In this document: positions 60,486-64,000 of the stretch, in pieces
Position numbering within the stretch: position 1 is the stretch's first letter
Layout: every line of letters starts with the position of its first letter
Source: Candidatus Poribacteria bacterium
Lineage (GTDB): Bacteria; Poribacteria; WGA-4E; WGA-3G
NCBI GenBank assembly: GCA_965197475.1
Contig: CBDANF010000003.1
Coordinates: 3,872,001 to 3,936,000 of the forward strand
Reading direction: 5' to 3'
DNA length: 64,000 nt
The notes under the pieces: generated by a model
Told to the model about the DNA's origin: nothing
The model's database searches: none
The model's input: the letters and a program-made list of their open reading frames with translations, nothing else
Translations under genes and position numbers: made by a program

Positions 60486-61616
60486 GTCGTTTTGGACTTG
60501 GAAGTTTTTATTTTTCAGATTTCTCACGTTATACTTTCGGTGAGAAACTTCTCAAAGATGTTGGTTTCTCGGTAGTTATATTTATAGCCTGCCTCTGCGA
60601 GATACAGGGGCGTGTATCTTGTTGAGTAGTGGTGTTGTTGTCCATACCATGCCCTCTTGACGAAAGACCAAAAGCCTTCCATCGTATTGGTATGGATGTC
60701 GCCAGCCTCCCATTTCTCACTACGGTTAAGTGTCTCATGTTTCATTTCCTTACCGATTTCGTTGTAGCCTCTATACTGATCGGTAATGAGTTCAGAATCT
60801 TCGGTATTGACGAATCTGTTGATGAAGTCGGAGATCGTCTCACCAGTGGCGTTGGATACGAGTTGTGCGATGACGTGTCCACCACGTGCGACTGCGCCCA
60901 GCACGGCATCTTTAGCGGTGCCGCGTCCGCGTTTACGGGGTTCACCATCCTCCCGGTCATAGTCTTTGCGACGCTTACCACCGATATAGGTTTCATCTGC
61001 TTCAATGACCCCTTGTAGTAGGACATTATCCTTTCCCATCTCTGTGCGTATAGCCATCATTAGACACCAAGCAGCTTTCTGTTTCATCCCTAAATCGCGC
61101 GCAAGTTGATGGGAGGACAAACTTTTCTTTGCGTTTGCCATGAGAGCGATAGCGAGAAACCACTTTTGGAGCGGTATCTTCGTGCCGTGAAATATTGTGC
61201 CGTGTGTCACCTTGAATGTAGCACGGCAATCGTGGCAGTTCCAGCGTCCGACACGCCCAACCTCGCGTTCGTTCCGCCTTCGGGCGTTTAGACTTGGACA
61301 ATGCGGGCATTCTGGCGATTCTTTCCATCGGAGCCGCTCCAGATATTCGATGCAATCCTCTTGCATTGAGAACGTCTTCATCACCTTGATTAAATCCATC
61401 AGAAAACACTCCTGTTTTTTGGAGTTGCATTTTTCTGATAGTTTCTGATACAATATCAGATAAGTGTGAACCAGAAAAGCAACTCGCTTTTTTGAGTTTC
61501 AAATAGGGGGTTGATACCCCCTATTTTCTTACTGATATTATACTATGAAAACCCTTTATTTACAAGGGTTTAGCGCACTTTTCCAACTTTTGTCAAGTCC
61601 AAAACGACTTATTCCG
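60478..61616 (-). mobile_element. IS1595-family element (different from the 986-bp IS)
   Basis: IRs CGCAATAAGTCGTTTTGGACTTG / CAAGTCCAAAACGACTTATTCCG; no TSD visible. Confidence 0.9.
60524..61453 (-). CDS. IS1595-family transposase
   Basis: CPHC…CHDC, IEADETYIGG, LITDQY, HTNTMEGFWSFVKR. Confidence 0.94.
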   Translation of the reverse strand: MYQKLSEKCNSKKQECFLMDLIKVMKTFSMQEDCIEYLERLRWKESPECPHCPSLNARRRNEREVGRVGRWNCHDCRATFKVTHGTIFHGTKIPLQKWFLAIALMANAKKSLSSHQLARDLGMKQKAAWCLMMAIRTEMGKDNVLLQGVIEADETYIGGKRRKDYDREDGEPRKRGRGTAKDAVLGAVARGGHVIAQLVSNATGETISDFINRFVNTEDSELITDQYRGYNEIGKEMKHETLNRSEKWEAGDIHTNTMEGFWSFVKRAWYGQQHHYSTRYTPLYLAEAGYKYNYRETNIFEKFLTESIT

Positions 61617-61803
61617 TTAGATAAAGTCCTTGCCTTTTATACAGATGGTGTCAATCAACGTGCCATACCATAAGAATAACAGAATCCCCTATGGGCGAGA
61701 TGCTATCATCCGATGCTGAGGCAAATTGATTACGAATAGTTTTGAAGGAGGTTCGTTTTATGAATATTTTAAAAAATTTAGCAACCCACAAATATTTCTT
61801 CTT

Positions 61804-62789
61804 CGCTCATGTCAAGAGTAAGTGCTTTTGACGAGTTTTGCTATAAAATCAACACTGACAGCTTTTAGATTCATGATGAACTCACAGATTGCGACGTAAC
61901 CGGCGAGGAACTTTTTATGAACGCCACGAAAGGGACGAAGGAAGTTTCGCAGCGTCGTCCAGACACCTTCAATCGTCCTTGTATGGATCTCGTAAAGACC
62001 ATCACCGTCTGCGTCTCTTGCCCACTCGCCATCCTTATGGAGAACAATCTCACGGGCGCGCTGAATACGGTTATAGCCACGCCAACCATCCGTATACACC
62101 GTTGAAGTCGGCAACGTCCACTGATGAACGTGTGTTGAAAGCGTCGCAGAATCGGTGTGCCGCACAACACGTAATCTCAGGAGACCGCTTTCGCGACCTT
62201 TCGTCCCAACAATAGGCGGACGATCATTGTCATAAGTCCCATGTTCCCTGCGTTTATTGCCACGCCGACGCGGCGGATCCGAAGCATCAACGTGCTTATC
62301 GCCTTTTTCACCGGCGTTTTGAAACATCTCATCTGTTTCGACTTCAGCATCAGGTAAAGCAGCTTCGGGTTGTATCTGCTCTGCCGAAGTTTGGAGTTTA
62401 CGTCTTATAGAAAGAACGGTTTGACGACTTAGACCCAGTTCACACCCGAGTTGTGCACTTGAAACACCTTGACAGACACCGCGCAAAAGCAGAACGACCT
62501 GTGAGGGACGAAACTGCGTGCCAGCAAAGACCGTCCCGGTATAGAGGTTGTAGATGCTCTCACAGTGTTTGCAGCGATACACTTGTAGACCACTTGTTTC
62601 AGTCGGACGGAACTTGCGTGCCTCCGCCACGCTCGCTTGGCATTTTGGGCAACACAGCCCTTGAAGGTGGAAATGATCCAACACCCACGCTTGAGTTTTT
62701 TCTTCATCCAGGAGAGATTGTATTGGAAAGTCCATAGGTAACACGCTAACATAACTTTGAAAAAATAGCACTTACTTTTTACATGAGCC
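61804..62789 (-). mobile_element. IS1595-family insertion sequence (986 bp), copy 2
   Basis: Near-identical to 19408-20393; 8-bp TSD TTCTTCTT at 61796-61803 and 62790-62797. Confidence 0.95.
61812..62771 (-). CDS. IS1595-family transposase
   Basis: 319 aa; four amino-acid differences from copy 1 seen by eye. Confidence 0.93.
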   Translation of the reverse strand: MLFFQSYVSVLPMDFPIQSLLDEEKTQAWVLDHFHLQGLCCPKCQASVAEARKFRPTETSGLQVYRCKHCESIYNLYTGTVFAGTQFRPSQVVLLLRGVCQGVSSAQLGCELGLSRQTVLSIRRKLQTSAEQIQPEAALPDAEVETDEMFQNAGEKGDKHVDASDPPRRRGNKRREHGTYDNDRPPIVGTKGRESGLLRLRVVRHTDSATLSTHVHQWTLPTSTVYTDGWRGYNRIQRAREIVLHKDGEWARDADGDGLYEIHTRTIEGVWTTLRNFLRPFRGVHKKFLAGYVAICEFIMNLKAVSVDFIAKLVKSTYS

Positions 62790-63618
62790 TTCTTCTTTAT
62801 ACTGATATATGTCGTCATTTTTGCCTGGACTTCAAGTAGTTCTGGTGAGGTTTTATATTATGACGATTTTGAAGATGAGATAATTGATGCGAAATATGAG
62901 TTCAAAGACCATGTAGGTGAATGGGTAGAAGAGGGCGGCGTTATCAGTCAGACCCAGGAAACCCCTGGTGACCACACGTATCTCGTTCTGAATGGCGAAT
63001 TTGAGGAGCCGCATACTGGGTTGGTGATGATCCGCGTTGATAAGTGGGGAGATGGTGATCATGCGCGTTGTGGAATGGGATTTCGTCTTGATCCAGGCGA
63101 TGGCGCGGGTTACGCGTTTCTTATTCATGAGTTTCTGAATAATGTGGAATTCCTCAATGACCATCGTGCTTGGAAGGATAATGATGCTAATCCTCCGTTC
63201 GGTCCGATAGAAATCGGTACGTGGTACTGGATGAAGGCTGAAATATCAGACGCGGGTCTTACGGGCAAAATCTGGGAAGATGGCGAAGCAGAACCGGAAG
63301 ATTGGCTCCTTGAAAGCCCATTGGATTTTGGAGATCTTAGACCGAAGAGCGGTCAAGTGGGTCTAAACGGAGGGTCAAGCAAAGAACCACCCGAAAGTAC
63401 AATTGTATCTTTTGACAATTGGACAATTTGTAATACTGCTGATGAATGCACATTGAGTGCGATTATTGCTGTTCAAGCAGCTGGCAAACTTCCAACGGTT
63501 TGGGGTGCGCTCAAAGCGCGCTATTAAAGCTAACTTGTTGTCACAACTAAGGTTTGGGCAATATTGTAGCAGAAAAGAGGCGCGTAAATTGCGCGACTCC
63601 AAACGCGGATACGCTTAC

Positions 63619-63660
63619 AATCCTGGAAATCTGATAATCCTGTAAATCCTGGTTCAGACA
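63619..63660 (-). repeat. Short intergenic repeat, homologue of 217-255
   Basis: Minus strand TGTCTGAACCAGGATTTACAGGATTATCAGATTTCCAGGATT. Confidence 0.6.
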
Positions 63661-64000
63661 AAAGGGAAGCGAGTCAAACCGGGCGGACAAGGTTTCCCTC
63701 CTACAAAGAGCGGACAGAAAACCCACCAGCCCGTATCGGCTACTACATGTATACGCGTATACTTGTATACGCCTCGCTTTCCCCACCCAACTTTTTCTTG
63801 ATAATTTTGTTGAGATATAATATCCTTAACGTACTCATTTAGGGAGTTCGGCATAAACCCGTGTCGTGTCCTTCCTTCTAACTTGCAGAATGGTAAACCT
63901 CAACACTTAGAAGCAATAGAATATATGTGTATTGAAAGGAGTTTATGAATGAAATTAGGTAGCTACTTGTCTATGGTATTTATTAGACATTATTCCTTGA

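Larger units (their letters stand above)
61760..63527 (+). pseudogene. Secreted protein with GK…WG.LK tail, interrupted by IS1595
   Basis: Removing the IS and one TSD restores MNILKNLATHKYFFFILIYVVIFAWTSSSSGEVLYYDDFED…, in frame with ORF 63021-63527 ending AVQAAGKLPTVWGALKARY. Confidence 0.88.

Noticed and set aside
61650-61667. Sigma-54 promoter TGGCACG-N4-TTGA on the minus strand
   Set aside because: The -12 GC is missing and it points into an IS
19408-62789. Composite transposon or inversion bounded by the two inverted IS1595 copies
   Set aside because: Each copy has its own matching TSD, so these are independent insertions with no recombination between them
63949-64000. Start of a CDS at the window end
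   Set aside because: An RBS and ATG are present, but only about 17 codons are visible, too few to call

Overview
Bacterial chromosomal window. Gene content points to a sponge-symbiont lineage such as Ca. Poribacteria (inference): WD40/YCF48 propellers, PhyH dioxygenase, orphan EutN/CcmL genes and secreted proteins ending in a 'V.P.GK....W..LK' tail. Intact core genes include dapL, dapB, lipA, tRNA-Sec (selC), selB, two tandem lepB, lepA, hisH, ribD-ribE-ribBA-ribH, a murJ-like flippase, two sigma-54 response regulators and a histidine kinase. Accessory content includes a C25 gingipain/PorU-like protein, an ABC permease operon, a frameshifted SNF2 helicase and a DNA methyltransferase-HNH fusion. 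Mobile content includes three IS1595-family elements, IS5, IS630, an IS982 remnant and several MITEs that carry REP-like hairpins. Highlights not visible in the ORF track: (i) a peroxiredoxin-like selenoprotein with an in-frame UGA (UxxS) and a SECIS-like hairpin; (ii) a shared C-terminal putative sorting tail on three secreted proteins, all disrupted; (iii) a ~44-bp leader repeated upstream of the RBS of adjacent accessory genes; (iv) MITEs with different IS-type ends wrapped around common REP modules; (v) a perfect sigma70 promoter with no convincing ORF behind it, a candidate ncRNA. All calls are by eye; no database searches were run.
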